Assembly: GCA_964276515.1 (NCBI GenBank)
Contig: OZ193909.1
Span: 7,874,001-7,938,000 of the forward strand
From: Gordius albopunctatus
Taxonomy: Eukaryota
Reading direction: 5' to 3'
DNA: 64,000 bases
The notes under the pieces are model-generated. The model saw only the letters and a program-made list of their open reading frames with translations. It did no database searches and was not told where the DNA came from. A program made the position numbers and the translations under genes. Shown here in pieces: positions 38,601-51,102 of this stretch (positions are counted from its first letter, which is position 1; the number at the start of each line of letters is the position of its first letter).

Positions 38601-39745
38601 ATACGAATATCAGAGATAAATCACACTTCAATCATATAATAATTAGAATCGATTAGTTTGCACATTCTGATAATATAAAATTACGGTTGCATCATTGAAT
38701 CAACTATTTTAAGGATGTAGTATAGCCACAGATAATACTTTCCCCAATGAACTTTGACGTCGTTCAATTACCTTACCAAATAAAATTTTGAAATATCATG
38801 ACTAATCCTTATGTTGGTAATATCAATTGTGTGACAATGTAATTGTTCGGTGTTTATATTGCCCGCAATATCATATAAAATAAATTTATTGCTTAAAATT
38901 TTATTTATACTATCAACTGTGGGGCGGGGCGGATTGCGCTAATTTGAAAGACATTTCAGGCTAGGGTTGTGTTCAGAGGGCTCAAACTTTAACTAATTTT
39001 GGACAAAAGGTGGTGATGGCTTAAAAGGTTTGTAGTAGACTTTGAATATTAGAAATTTATAAAAACATGAGTAGCCAAAAGGGCCTAAAAGTTTTCACAA
39101 CGGGTACGGAGGGGCCGACCTTCTAAATATGGCCCCCGTTGCAGATCTCTAATAAGGATATTCAAAGCCAAAGCATATAAACATTTTTCCGAATAAAATT
39201 CGATAACGCAATATGCAAAAATCCAATGATCCCAAAGATTTGAAGCCAAATTTAATGTGTATAGCCTTTTATCAATACTGGCCCATAATTTAAAAATAAA
39301 ATAGTTATTAAAAAAACTGAAGAGGGGGTGGGGTAGATGGGTATGGGGAAGGGGTGGGGCGGGAGGAGTGGAGTTACTTGACTTTGTTGGTTCCGTGTCG
39401 GACGCATATATAAGTGACGCCGGCGTATTTAAACCTCTCCGGTATCATATTTTTCGGAGTCCTTTTCTTATTTTCGGCCCCGACGCCAACGCTACTCTTC
39501 ACCCGAAACACGGCCCCCGTTTGGCGCTGGAAGGCGGCGAATGCCGACTCGAAAGCGCCAAAATCTTCGAATGTTTGCGTCGTAGGGGCATCGCCGAAAG
39601 CTGCCGCGAAGATGCGCCTCGTATCGTAGTATATAACGGGTAATGATGATATGTTATGATGTAGGGGGGAGGGCGGGGTGGCCTTATTACTCGATGGCGA
39701 TTCATTTTGGTAACGGGAATGGGGCAGGGGGCGAATGGCGGCCAT
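35668..39745 (-). CDS. CDK2AP1: CDK2-associated protein 1 (DOC-1) homolog with a predicted N-terminal ZSWIM3-N/FAR1-like zinc DNA-binding domain; 4 exons, 369 aa
   Basis: Exons 39378-39745 (368 nt), 36907-37127 (221), 36439-36567 (129), 35668-36059 (392): all GT-AG, phases 2/1/1 consistent, total 1110 nt with no internal stop. C-terminus [55 protein letters not shown] is the CDK2AP domain. Confidence 0.85.
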
Positions 39746-40439
39746 ATTGAATTGTAAGGGAGGTCAAACGATTAAGGGTGAAAGAGAGTAAGGGGTTTTA
39801 AGATTTATTTTTTGAATTCTCTCGTCCAACTAATGCCGATGCCAGCAGTTTGGTTGAATTCGAAACCAAAATTAAGATACGTACACTTTGTGAGGGAAGA
39901 AAGGAAGGGGTGGTGAGTTGGGTAGAGAATGGTCCTAACTTACACTGGGAAAAAGAAGTGGTAATTCGCCATTTTTGCAGAATGTTGGAAGAAGGGCGTA
40001 GGAGGAGGTAGAAAGGCGGCGCGCCTGCCTTATTTTCATCCCAGTGCGCGATTTATATTGCGTACATCCAAAAAATTACGCTAGACATTGGCTACCCGCC
40101 CTTTACCCCCCCCCCCTCCTCCCCGTAGCGGAGAGATAGCTAGCTACTACTCTATTATCCCCACCCGTACGATACTATACAATACATGATGTATCTTCAT
40201 ATTTTTGGCTAGCCCTACCCACCCTACTCCACTCAACTACTTACTGGCGGCACTCTCATTTGCGAGTGAGCAAGCAGTCCCCCTCCCCCCTCCTGGTTTC
40301 ATCGCACACTGCTGACTTCGCTCGCGCATTAACAGCAACCGGGGCCATGCCAACAAATATGGAGGAAGGCAAGCGGGGTGGGGGGGAGGAACGAGGGAAG
40401 GCGATTGCCAAGAATAAATTAGGAGGGGAGAGAGCATTT

Positions 40440-40976
40440 TTTTCAACCCGAACCCGACCCGAAAGCCCTAAAATTTTCCACCCAAACCCGGCCCGACCAA
40501 TTTCGGTAAAATAGTGGTGTGTAAAATTTAATAGACAACCTAAAGTGCGATTTATAAAATAAAAATGAACTAAAACTTCACGGTATTTGAATACAATTAA
40601 AAAATATTAAGTGTTATATATGCGAAAGAGGGGGAGCCCTAAACTGACATGGAAGCATAAAATTGATATGGACTTGAGAAGGTACTAGCTAAAATATTAC
40701 CAATAATGTACCTGATAGCTTTGCAAATGAACCATTTATGAATTTAAACTTACTTTTATGTTGGTTTATAACTTAAATCTATTTAAATACAATTAAAAAA
40801 TAATGTACCGGGTATTTTGCAATGTAAGATTCAAAACGTTTGACCCAACTCTTTAAATCCAACTAACCCGACTCGAAAGCATTTTAAAATTGTCAACCAA
40901 AACCCAGAGATATTTCAAAATTTTTAACCCAAACCCGATGTCGGGTCCAGTATCGAATCACCCTTGCAAGTCTCTA
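40440..40976. mobile_element. hAT-type MITE remnant (AACCCGAACCCGACCCG family)
   Basis: Right end TTGCAAGTCTCTA matches the left end TAGAGGCTTGCAA seen at 21661; shared CCCGA subrepeats. Confidence 0.6.
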
Positions 40977-41632
40977 ATATAGGACAACAACTAAAATGGT
41001 TTTTGGGATGAAATATATAGACAACGGGAGACGACAGGCTTAACTGCTAAGACTTAGTTGTAAGAGAGGGGGGGGGGAGGGTGGCATCAAGCACGAACCA
41101 CACATTATGTATAGCTCAAGTGTTGTACGACAATTCGGTTGATTAGAGGCAACCCATTTCCCAAATAACAATCGCAAGTGAAATGTGACCACGAATTTCA
41201 AAAATTAACGAAATACAAATGTATGAGCAGTATTAGCATTATAGGGCCATCAGTCCATATGGGTATCCCATAAATAAGCGACTTTATTATAATATACTTT
41301 CTAATTATAAAATCTTTGACCCTAGTAGAGATACCTCCTCAAGAATCTATTTCTCGGCAAAGGGTTTAGCCTATTATTATTTTCTATTTCGGAATTCGCT
41401 CGATAGCTTACGAAAATAAACTTAATTGAGCCTAATTTTTGTATCAAGAATGCTGCAAGATAGGTTTTCACCGGTCCGAGTCGGGCCCTGCAATTTAATC
41501 AACTGATTTTTTGTTAAATATTAATCGAACTTAATACTATAATTTCGTAATTAACAGTTTATAATGACAAAATATGCTCTTTAAAGAATATAATATTTTC
41601 GGAGTTCTTCCAATACCTATAATAATATATAT

Positions 41633-42019
41633 CAGAGGTCAGATTTGTTAGAATTTTTCTGCCGAAACCGGCCCGATTTTATAATTAATCTGCCCGCCCG
41701 AACCCTTCTATGTGTCCGCCCGGCAATGCCAGAATTATCAGAACTGCCCGGCCCGAAATGGTGTTTTAAAATTAGCACTAATATCGTTATATTTTTTAAA
41801 AATTTTATCTTAATTTTTGACTTTTTTTTAAAATGAGAACTAGGATTAACAAACATTATGAAATTAATTTTAAAAAGTGGCAAAATATACACAAAAGCAA
41901 TATAATACATTATTTTAAAAACAAAATTGAGCCCTAATCTTGTTATGGTGCCTGTCCGGGCACGCCCGAAAGTTAAAATTTACGACAGTTGCCCGGCCTT
42001 CGGGGAAATCTGGTCTCTG
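41633..42019 (+). mobile_element. hAT-type MITE of the 18616-19358 family
   Basis: CAGAGGTCAGATT ... AATCTGGTCTCTG ends; TSD not preserved. Confidence 0.75.
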
Positions 42020-43156
42020 CCGCCTATACTCAATAAAAAATCGTCATGCCCAAATTGACACAACCAATAGGTTTTTTTACCTATTAGGATTAAAATTAAA
42101 GCTCAAAAGTTTCATTTGAAAAAATCATTCGACTTTTAAATAATATAGAAAATTAGATTTTGTCAAGGATAATAAAATATTTCTATATTTGTTTTATCAA
42201 ATTTGCCATTAATTTAACGCTTATTTTTTTAATAGTGGTTGAAAGAATTTGAGCGCAAAATTTCGGGCCTAACAGGCAAATTAAATATTTCGGGCCGGGC
42301 ATTTTGGGCAACTCTAATGTTTCGGGCGGGCTCGGGTGGGATCGAACCAGCAAGTCAGAAAGTTGGACGGACGGACAACAAAAAGCGAGTCCATAAATTG
42401 CATAGCAATTAAAAAACATCTGGGTTTTTACCAACTCAACTTTGGCTTACAATATTTATATATATAATCATAGCAAAAATAAAATCTGTAGAAAATGATA
42501 TATACAAATAAAAGTTATACTAAATTAAAGTATTCTTCTTTTACGTATTTACATATACGACACCCTTCCCCCCTCAATTTTTTGTTTAAAATATCTTTAA
42601 AATTTAAATTTTGAAAAGTGTAATATCGTTGATAAGTTCATGAGATGGTATGTAAACATATAAGATATATTCATAAAATATTTTGTGTTTGGGACTCAAA
42701 GGCGTAGCCAGCAGGATTGCCTCAAGGGGGGGGGGGGGTTCAAAAAAATTTGTTACATATTTAACGGGCCTAGGAGATGGGGGTCTGGGGCCAAAGGTGG
42801 TATGTAGGGTGAAGACCCCAGCTACTCCCTAAGGGCGTACATTTTTTCAGTATATATGATTGGTTTTTGGTAAAAAACCAGCGACGCAAATTGCAAATAG
42901 CCCCTTCCAATTTTTGTTTAAACTAAACACTGGGTCTTTTAGGCATACTTTGCCCACTAGAACCAAAAATTGTCCCGCCTCTGGACTGTTAAAATGAAAT
43001 TATGAACCCGAGTTGGCCCCTCTGATACTTTGCAAAGCGGCACAGCCTACACACTCCCCCCCCACAAAAAAAATACAATATATTCTGTGACTTTTTAAAC
43101 ATTTTATTTCAATACTAAATCAATCATTTATTTATATATTAAAAATGTTCAATAAA

Positions 43157-43832
43157 TCATGTTAAATTTAACAGTCCCAAACAGGCTTTTGTTTCTTCCA
43201 ACAAGTAACGCGCCGTTAAATTGTCACTAGTAGTATTTGGAGCTGCATAAAACCATTTATGAGAATTAAAACTCTATGCAAGGTTAATTTTATATAACTA
43301 AACATACCCATTTTTGTTCATTTTTTACGATCCTCTTATTAAATTAAAAAAATCTAGGAATCTGCTTATTTAAAAATCACAAGTTATATGAATAATGAAC
43401 GAACAAATATTAATATGGATTTAATTATATTGAAAATTTTAATAATAATAATAAAATTTGATAAACATCATAAATAAACACCATTTTTTATATATTAAAA
43501 CAAAAAGGTTTTGTCCCTATCAATAGCTAGGCCCGTCCCATCGTTTTATTACCATAACGCTCGTCCAAACCCCCGGCCCGCACTTTTCAACAAAAAGCTC
43601 ATCCATGCCCGGCTGCGGTGCCAGCTGTATTTGCTTTGATAAAGTTGACTAAATCATGATCAGTAAAAAGTAAACCTTAAAAAATGAATTTACTAAACCA
43701 TGAAGAATATTAATTTTTAGTTGAATTTTCACATCAATCTCTACTGCAGAATTAGCACGCACAATTTCTAAAGAAATTAGATTTTGAAGTATGCTTAAAA
43801 ATGAAGCATGCGTGAATGAAATGTTCCAAACG
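43157..43832 (-). CDS. Putative last two exons of an unidentified gene
   Basis: Exons 43699-43832 (VWNISFTHASFLSILQNLISLEIVRANS..NILH) and 43157-43242 (APNTTSDNLTARYLLEETKACLGLLNLT*) are phase-compatible with AG/GT borders and downstream AATAAA; no family recognised. Confidence 0.33.
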
Positions 43833-44537
43833 CTGCAATTTCATTTAAATTGAGTATTAATTAATTGTATTTTATTTTATTATTGTACTCTCGTCTGGTA
43901 GTATATCCGCAATCTCTATAAACAAGAAACTAATGTATAAATACCCGTGTTAAATACTTAGAAAAATAAAATTATTAATTAACTTTATTAAAATTTGGCT
44001 TGTATTAGCATCTTCCTCGTTTATTTTAGAGGTTGAGATAGTTTTGTAAAGAAATATTAAGAATTTAACTTCTTTCTATTAGAAAACATGCATTCGGGAC
44101 AGAAAATTTTTGTATAGATATAGATAGTAGAATTAGTAGAGATTTCATCCAAAATTATATATCAAATTAATTAAGATTATTAATTATTTTTTATATGCCT
44201 ACCTACACTAACAAGGTTCTTATTAATATCATTGAATTTTTCCGTATAATTTAAAAAAAATTAAATTTTTCTGTCCCAGGCCTTCCCTATGCTACCGTTG
44301 GGACTAAATAAATAATGTCATTTTTTTAAACAAAATTTACTATTTTCATGCAAAATTATTGTTTTAAGAATAGATTTTTTTCATATTCTCAGTTAAAAGT
44401 TTTTTCTACATTGCATGCTTAAGTCGACGCATCACTTGTTGAAAATAACTCGAAATACATTATAAAAAATGTCATAATGAGTTGCCAAAATTCTTGTTTA
44501 TAGATATTAAAATTTGAGGGGGGGGCATATATATTTG

Positions 44538-46072
44538 GGCCATTCCATGTCGATTCGTCAAAAAAAGATGATTTTCGACCGACCATCTCAGATCAGGATA
44601 ATTTTTGGTGAGGGTGTAGGGCTCATTTATTAGATTAATTTCTGAAAGTTTTAGCCATTTTGGGCCAATACTTTTTAAGTTATGGACGTTTAAAGGGCCA
44701 AAATAACGTTCGGGACCGTTTTATGGATTTCTCTATTTTTGAAAGTAATGGCGCTATTCAATCAAATTTTGGTGCATTTTGTTCCTAAAAAAATTCTCTA
44801 TCGAAATAATTTAACCAAAAACCTCAAACTTTTGCGGTTAATTTTTTGTGGTAAAATTAGTGAAAAATCATAAAACATATTTCTCAGGTATATGAAATCA
44901 CCAATTTCACAATGTGCACTTCTTTATGACCCATTATCATATTTCAATCATAAAAAGTTTGGGAGCGGCTACGAGATGGTAAAAAATTCGAAAAATATCA
45001 TTTCCAACAAAAATATTTATAGATGGCGGTATAACCAATTATCACAAGAACATATTATGGTATTTGTTTTTTATCAAATTGCAAATTTGTAAAAAATATA
45101 TTGTAAATAAAAAATATTGGATTAAAAATCAACTTAAATTTTGAACTTTATCTACGCGATGGGCAAGTAATCGAGTTTGAAAATAACTTTAGGTTTAAAA
45201 TAAAAAATGGTCAAAACTAGCGAGAAATTTTTTTAAAAATACCTTTCATCCTGCATAAATTTTTTAATTGCTATGCAATTTTATTTTTAGCATGAATTAT
45301 CAGTACAAAAATAAAAATATACGAGCAATTTTGCCATCATATTAGTATTTATTTATTTTTCAACCTCATATTAATTTTAGCATACCCCTGTATCATTTAA
45401 GCTAAAATTCTAGATCTAATTTTCAAACTCGGATAATTGTTAATTGCGCAGAAAAAAATATCAAATTTAAGTTTATTTTTATTCCAATGTTATTCATTTA
45501 CCATATATTCTTTATCAAATTTGCAATTTGATAAAAAACAAACACCATAATATGTTCTTGTGATAAAAATTGGTTATACCGCCATCTATAAATATTTTTG
45601 TTGGAAATGCTATTTTTCGAATTTTTGACCATCTCGTAGCCGCTCCCAAACTTTTTATGATTGAAATATGATAATGGGTCATAAAGGAGTTCACATTGTG
45701 AAATTGGTGATTTCGTATACAGGAGAAATATGTTTTTATGATTTTTCACTAATTTTACCACAAAAAATTAACCGCAAAAGATTGAGGTTTTTGGTTAAAT
45801 TATTTCGATAGAGAATTTTTTAGGAACAAAATGCACCAAAATTTGAGAGAATAACGCAATTACTTTCAAAAATATGAAGAAAATAGTGAAATCCATAAAA
45901 CGCTCCCGAACGTGATTTTGGCCCTTTAAACGTCCATAACTTAAAAAGTATTGGCCCAAAATGGCTAAAACTTTCAGAAATTAATCTAATAAATGACACC
46001 TACACCCTCACCAAAAAATATCCTGATATGAAATGGTCGATCGAAAACGTTTCGATTTGTCATGGAATGGCC
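44538..46072. mobile_element. Long-TIR (fold-back) non-autonomous DNA transposon
   Basis: Ends GGCCATTCCATG / CATGGAATGGCC; ~600-bp high-identity inverted arms (the mirrored ORFs 44892+ and 45498- reflect this); ATAT near both ends; superfamily uncertain. Confidence 0.85.
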
Positions 46073-47399
46073 GCCCATATATCTTTGAAAGAGACGGCAT
46101 CGATTGCATAGCAATTTTAAAAAAATGAGAAATCTTTTTTGCAATTTTGAATGTACGCTGCTGGAACTTAAAAAGCCATATTAAGTACACTATTCTAACG
46201 TTCAATTTATTTAAAATTAGCCAGGTAAATTAAAATAAGATTTTTTATGATATTAGAGATAAATAATAAGTGTCCTAGATATTTTATTAGCTTCGGGTCA
46301 AATTAAAATTACTAAACCAAGATTAAGAAACATTTTTTGCCTCGTTACGGCTTTAAATGTTGTAAATGTAGACACTTTTAGACTCCACAAACAAAAACTC
46401 TAAACTTGCAAAATTGCCGCAAATGGATAATGAAATTTATTGAATTTTATATAAAATATAAAAATAATAAAAATTTAGTAATAAACAACGTCCATACTCA
46501 TATACACCGTTATTAATTCATTAAAGGGTACTTCAAGTAAAATCTTTAATAAAAATTTGAGCTATGTCCACTTATGGTAAAAGAAGGTGAAACATTATAT
46601 ATGTTGTTTTTGTGTCATATATATAATTTACTACTAAAATAACTTGAGGGGGGTGGTTAATGTTTTTGATTACATTTTTATTAAAAATAAAGTTACTTTT
46701 TATCTAAGCCCAATATTGCTTGCTTATAATTTTACCAAACCCAACCCTATCCTAAATTTCTTTTGATCAAGCTTTATGGTAAATTTGAAATTTAGATTTA
46801 AACAAGGATAATGATAAGTAATTAATGTTTTTACAATGTAATAATCTCAAAAAAAATTAAAATGCAATATTCTAATTATACTATTTAATGGTTAAAAATA
46901 AATAATCATTTTAAAATATTAAATAATGTTTAAATTTTTTATTTGCTATATCTATAAATGTATAATTGAAAATATATATAACAAATTCTAACAAGATAGG
47001 ATAATAGACAGGATGGAGAACTGGGGTCTAAAATGCTTCTTAAATACCACAAATAAGCTCTAAAATCCGTAAATATTGTTGGGTTAATTTTTGGAAATTA
47101 ATTAATAGTTATTTACTGGTTAGGCATTACTTCAGGTTGGGCTTGGGAATAATGTCCTACGCGATAAACTTTAATAAAAGGCTTAAACCTTCATTAATAA
47201 AAATCACATGTTAAAATATTACACATTAATATTATGCTGCAAAATACAAAGCTATGGACAGATGATATAAAATTATAAATTGCAACTCCTAATAAATTAG
47301 AGATCATGGCAAAAATTGATGCATATTGCATATTAACCCCGTTCTAAAAATGAAGTTTGCCAAGGGAAGGTTAATTAAGTTGGCATGTATTAGTTCTAA

Positions 47400-48000
47400 T
47401 TGGAAGTCAATTAATGTATAACAAGCTTATCAATTATATTTGTTGATTCATTGTCATATAAAATCCTCTTCTGTAGATTAAAAACTTTTTAGTAAAAAAA
47501 AGCATTTTAAAGGTTAATTCAAAAACATTTACAATCAACACTTGGTAAATTTGTTAAATACCTGGCTATTGTAAAATTAAAAAGTATTATTTCATCATGT
47601 TTTTGGAAACTTGGTAGAGAAGTTTATATAAGTGTATAAAGGGTAAGAAAGTTGGTATTATTAATGGTATAATCAGATTGATAAAGATAGGGTTCTATAA
47701 ATGGTAAAGATTTTTAAATAAAATAAACTTATTAAACATGTTGAGAATGGAATTCTTATTTAGTCAATATTTTGCTTTAAAAGACTAAATGCAGTTGTTT
47801 TAGAAAAAAATTGGAAACATTTCTGCAATACCATTTATTATGGATAATTAAATTTTATTACACACATCAAGCAGAAACAATAACGGGTTAGGGACATAAA
47901 AAATCACAAAAAAACAACTTTTAAGATTTTTTAAAACCTATACACAATATTAAAATACCTATATGTTAATTCTCTTCCAATAATAATTTTAAAAAGTAAT
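47400..48000 (-). pseudogene. Possible highly decayed LINE reverse-transcriptase fossil
   Basis: Minus-strand VPNPLLFLLDV..SIINGIAEMF (~47820-47895) resembles the VLGPLLFLIY..LFADD segment; the rest is too degraded to confirm. Confidence 0.25.
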
Positions 48001-48659
48001 GTCATTATAGATGTTTTAATAAATATTAACATATTTTCAAAGCTAACCTGTTTACAATAATAAATTTAATGCAGCTCTAAATCATATCTAGCTAGGATTA
48101 TAGCCATATTCTTTTATACAAGTGTATTTTTAGGGATATCTACAATGTTATTTTAATTAACTTTGTCTATAAAAAGCTTAATACATATATATCTATACTA
48201 ATTTAGCTAACATCTTTTCCTATTAGTATTTCATGACAAATCAATAAAAAAAATATATATTAAGAGTGCTATTTAATTTATATCAATTTACTTAATGAGT
48301 ATAGCAAAAAATAATTTAAAGCTTAAATATTATGGGTAATTGAACTCTAAATGCATAATTAAACTTTATAAGAGATACAATTAACACAATCATAAAAGCT
48401 AATTTAGTCGTATCTAAATAATTTGCTAATTTAAATTAATACACAACCTCTTGAGTTCTTATTTTAAAAAATATTTTGGGATCCAAAATCATTATATTTC
48501 ATTTTGCTTATTTTAAAGGTTGTTAAACAATCTCAAATGCTTACCGTTATTGTAGGAATGTGCGACAGCGCTAAGATACATTTTATTCTATTTTTTTTTT
48601 ATTTATTATTAATGCTTTTATTTGGTAAAATTGATACATAAAATATGCAATAAACGATC

Positions 48660-49130
48660 ATAAAATAATTTTATAAATTAAAAATTCATCAGATTCGTCA
48701 ATGGCCAACACGGGCCATGTGTCAGATAAAGATTTGTATTTATATTTAGCTATCAAAATGCCGATTTTTTGGCGTAAAATAAAGCTGGGTGAGTATTTAG
48801 CTTTGTGGGATCTGTTTACAATCGATTTAAAAAATGCTAATCCTTTCTTGCCAAAAGTAGCGGAACAGGAATATTGGAATAAAAATTTTAGATTGAGCAA
48901 ATTTGAGTGTTTTAAGGTCTTCCGCACAAGAAAGTGGGTTAAAATTATTATTAGTTGGCGCGAAGATATCAATGCAGGTAAAGTCCCAATCTAAGAACTT
49001 ACCATCGTCCCGGGGGATCATAGAAGCTCCGTCGGGGCGCATTCTACCTTCTAAAGAAGGATCGGATGGTTCGAGGATGGAAGGAGTGCCGGCCTTTTTA
49101 AAAGCCGATTGAATCTGTAAATGTTGACTT
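48660..49130 (-). pseudogene. 3' fragment of a CRE-like non-LTR retrotransposon (restriction-like endonuclease domain)
   Basis: AGTPSILEP..GRMRPDGASMIP..GKFLDWDFTCID..AP..AEDLK, then ILRQKIGILI, matches the RLE consensus AGIPSxLEP..KRPDG.T..PW..GK.L.WD.T..D..A / FLRQRLSIAIQ. Confidence 0.8.
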
Positions 49131-49754
49131 AGGGCTTTTCCTAACATCTAATTCATTCAAAATGCGCGCATTCTTTCGTCCATATATCAGATTCAGGCTC
49201 ATGGTTCAAACTCAGATATTATTATTAATTTTACTAAGCCATTTATTAAAAACAAGTAGCATTATTTATCGAAGACAACGTATATTTGGAGAATATAATG
49301 ACATTTTTAATGATATTAGTGTTATATATTTGAATATTGTAGTTTAATATTTATTCAAAACGTGACGATCGATTCGTTTGTAATTTAGATTTAATCTTTG
49401 TTCTATTCTAATATTGTTCATGTGTTGTCTCCCGCTTTTATGAATACTTAGTAAACTCCATTTTATTAATTAGTCGTAAGCTGCACTTTTTTAAATACAC
49501 TAGAATTTAACCTTCAACATTCTATTTAAGTAAAACTGTTAAAGATATAGAGCATCATAATCCAAAGTTATCCAGCATTAAGACTTATGTTAGCCTTAAG
49601 GCAAGGACATTTATAAATTTGAAAAATTATAAAATATCTAAGGTATCTAATCAGGGAGGAAAATTTTAGAAAATTAGTTTATAGTTTTAGAATTTCAAGG
49701 AGTATGTGGTGTCCTTGCACCCTAGAATTTATATATTCATTCATCCCTCCCCAC

Positions 49755-50034
49755 CAGGCGCGTAGCCAGGATTTTCTCAAGGGGGAAGAAAAATGCAAAA
49801 AAATTTTCGACACTTTTATTTATAATGTAACAAAAGTAAACTTCGCTTACAATATATGCGAAACTTCAAGGCGCGCTATATAACCAGCTTTGGAAAAATC
49901 TTCTCTCTTCATTAATCAGAGCATTTACTATCGATTTTATACCTTATAAAAGGACATGGTCCTTCAAAAAAAATTAAAATTTTGGTCAAGGGGGCAGAAA
50001 ATTCACGCTTTCTGCCCCCTTGGCTACGCGCCTG
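49755..50034 (+). mobile_element. hAT-type MITE (copy of 16426-16703)
   Basis: TIR CAGGCGCGTAGCCA / TGGCTACGCGCCTG; TSD CTCCCCAC / CCCCCCAC. Confidence 0.9.
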
Positions 50035-50591
50035 CCCCCCACAGATGCTACGATTTTTATTATATGCATATTTATTGTGTTCACCCTACGCTACGATTTT
50101 TATTAGCCATCTTTATCGTTTTTAATTATAATGATTTAGCGATTATTAATATTATATACCTCGCGATCACTCGTTAAAATTAATTATTTATTTTGTGTAG
50201 AACATATTAAATGTAACGTATTATTAAAACCAAGAAATTTCGCGGACCCATTTTATCGCGTATTTTTCCGTCGCGTCGTTATAAACTTAAATAAATAAAT
50301 CCTATTATTAATATACATGGAGGATATATTAGAGTGCAATAAGATTCATCCAATAGTCCAAGCTAGGAAATTAGAAATTTATATTCAAAGTTTTTTAATT
50401 ATCATAATGTGTGCCTTAGATATGATAATTTATGTGTCGACTAATAATTTTAAATACTATGCAACATATTAAATAAGACCTGAGAAATTTTAAACCTTTA
50501 TTGACCATATTAGCTAATAATCTATACCGATAAAACATAAGTAAAGCATTAAAATGTGAATGAAACATAATTTTTATAATAAAACACAATT

Positions 50592-51102
50592 TACATAATA
50601 CATTCCTTGCATTGGTGTTTTCCCTTTATATAAAGAGATAAAAAATCTGGCAAAAGAGGTTTAAATAAAAATAAATCTGCATCTTCTTTTTTTTTATTAA
50701 AGATTTGCCTCTTTTATATTAATTAATATGTTTGATTGATCAGCAAATAGAGTTATAGAGTTATTTTTTTACTGGGTTTATTTTCTTTATCAAGATCATT
50801 TAAGGTGCTTGTGGTGGGAATTTCATCCATCAAAAACCCTTTCCATAAACATCATGTCATTGTAAAAGGTTCATTTTGAAAGTTTCCCCTGCAATACCTG
50901 ATTTTAGAGTTTTCTAATTTGATTTGCAACTTATAAACAGCTTTATATAATTTAATGTTTAAATACCCTGCATATTAAAATCTTTGGCTACATCATCCCA
51001 ACATTATTTTTTCTCAATCATATTTGAATGATCTTCCTCTTGATCATTCCGTATAATTTTATTCTTTTTAACGCTTTTAATCAAAAATAAAATTTGCTGA
51101 TA
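50592..51102 (-). pseudogene. MADF-BESS protein relic (Harbinger accessory-ORF type)
   Basis: LIKSVKKNKII..HSNMIEKK*CWDDVAKDFN / KLQIKLENSKIRYCR / K*TFYNDMMFM (MADF-like) and EDADLFLFKPLLPDFLSL..K.QCKECIM (BESS-like); in-frame stops. Confidence 0.55.

Noticed and set aside
39368..39705. Alternative-frame and antisense ORFs over exon 1 of the fusion gene
   Set aside because: Explained by local GC richness; only the 39745 frame has a domain signature and a compatible splice donor.
44892..45761. Duplicated protein-coding gene pair (MKSPISQC..)
   Set aside because: Mirror ORFs arise from the inverted arms of the fold-back element; no domain or splice evidence.
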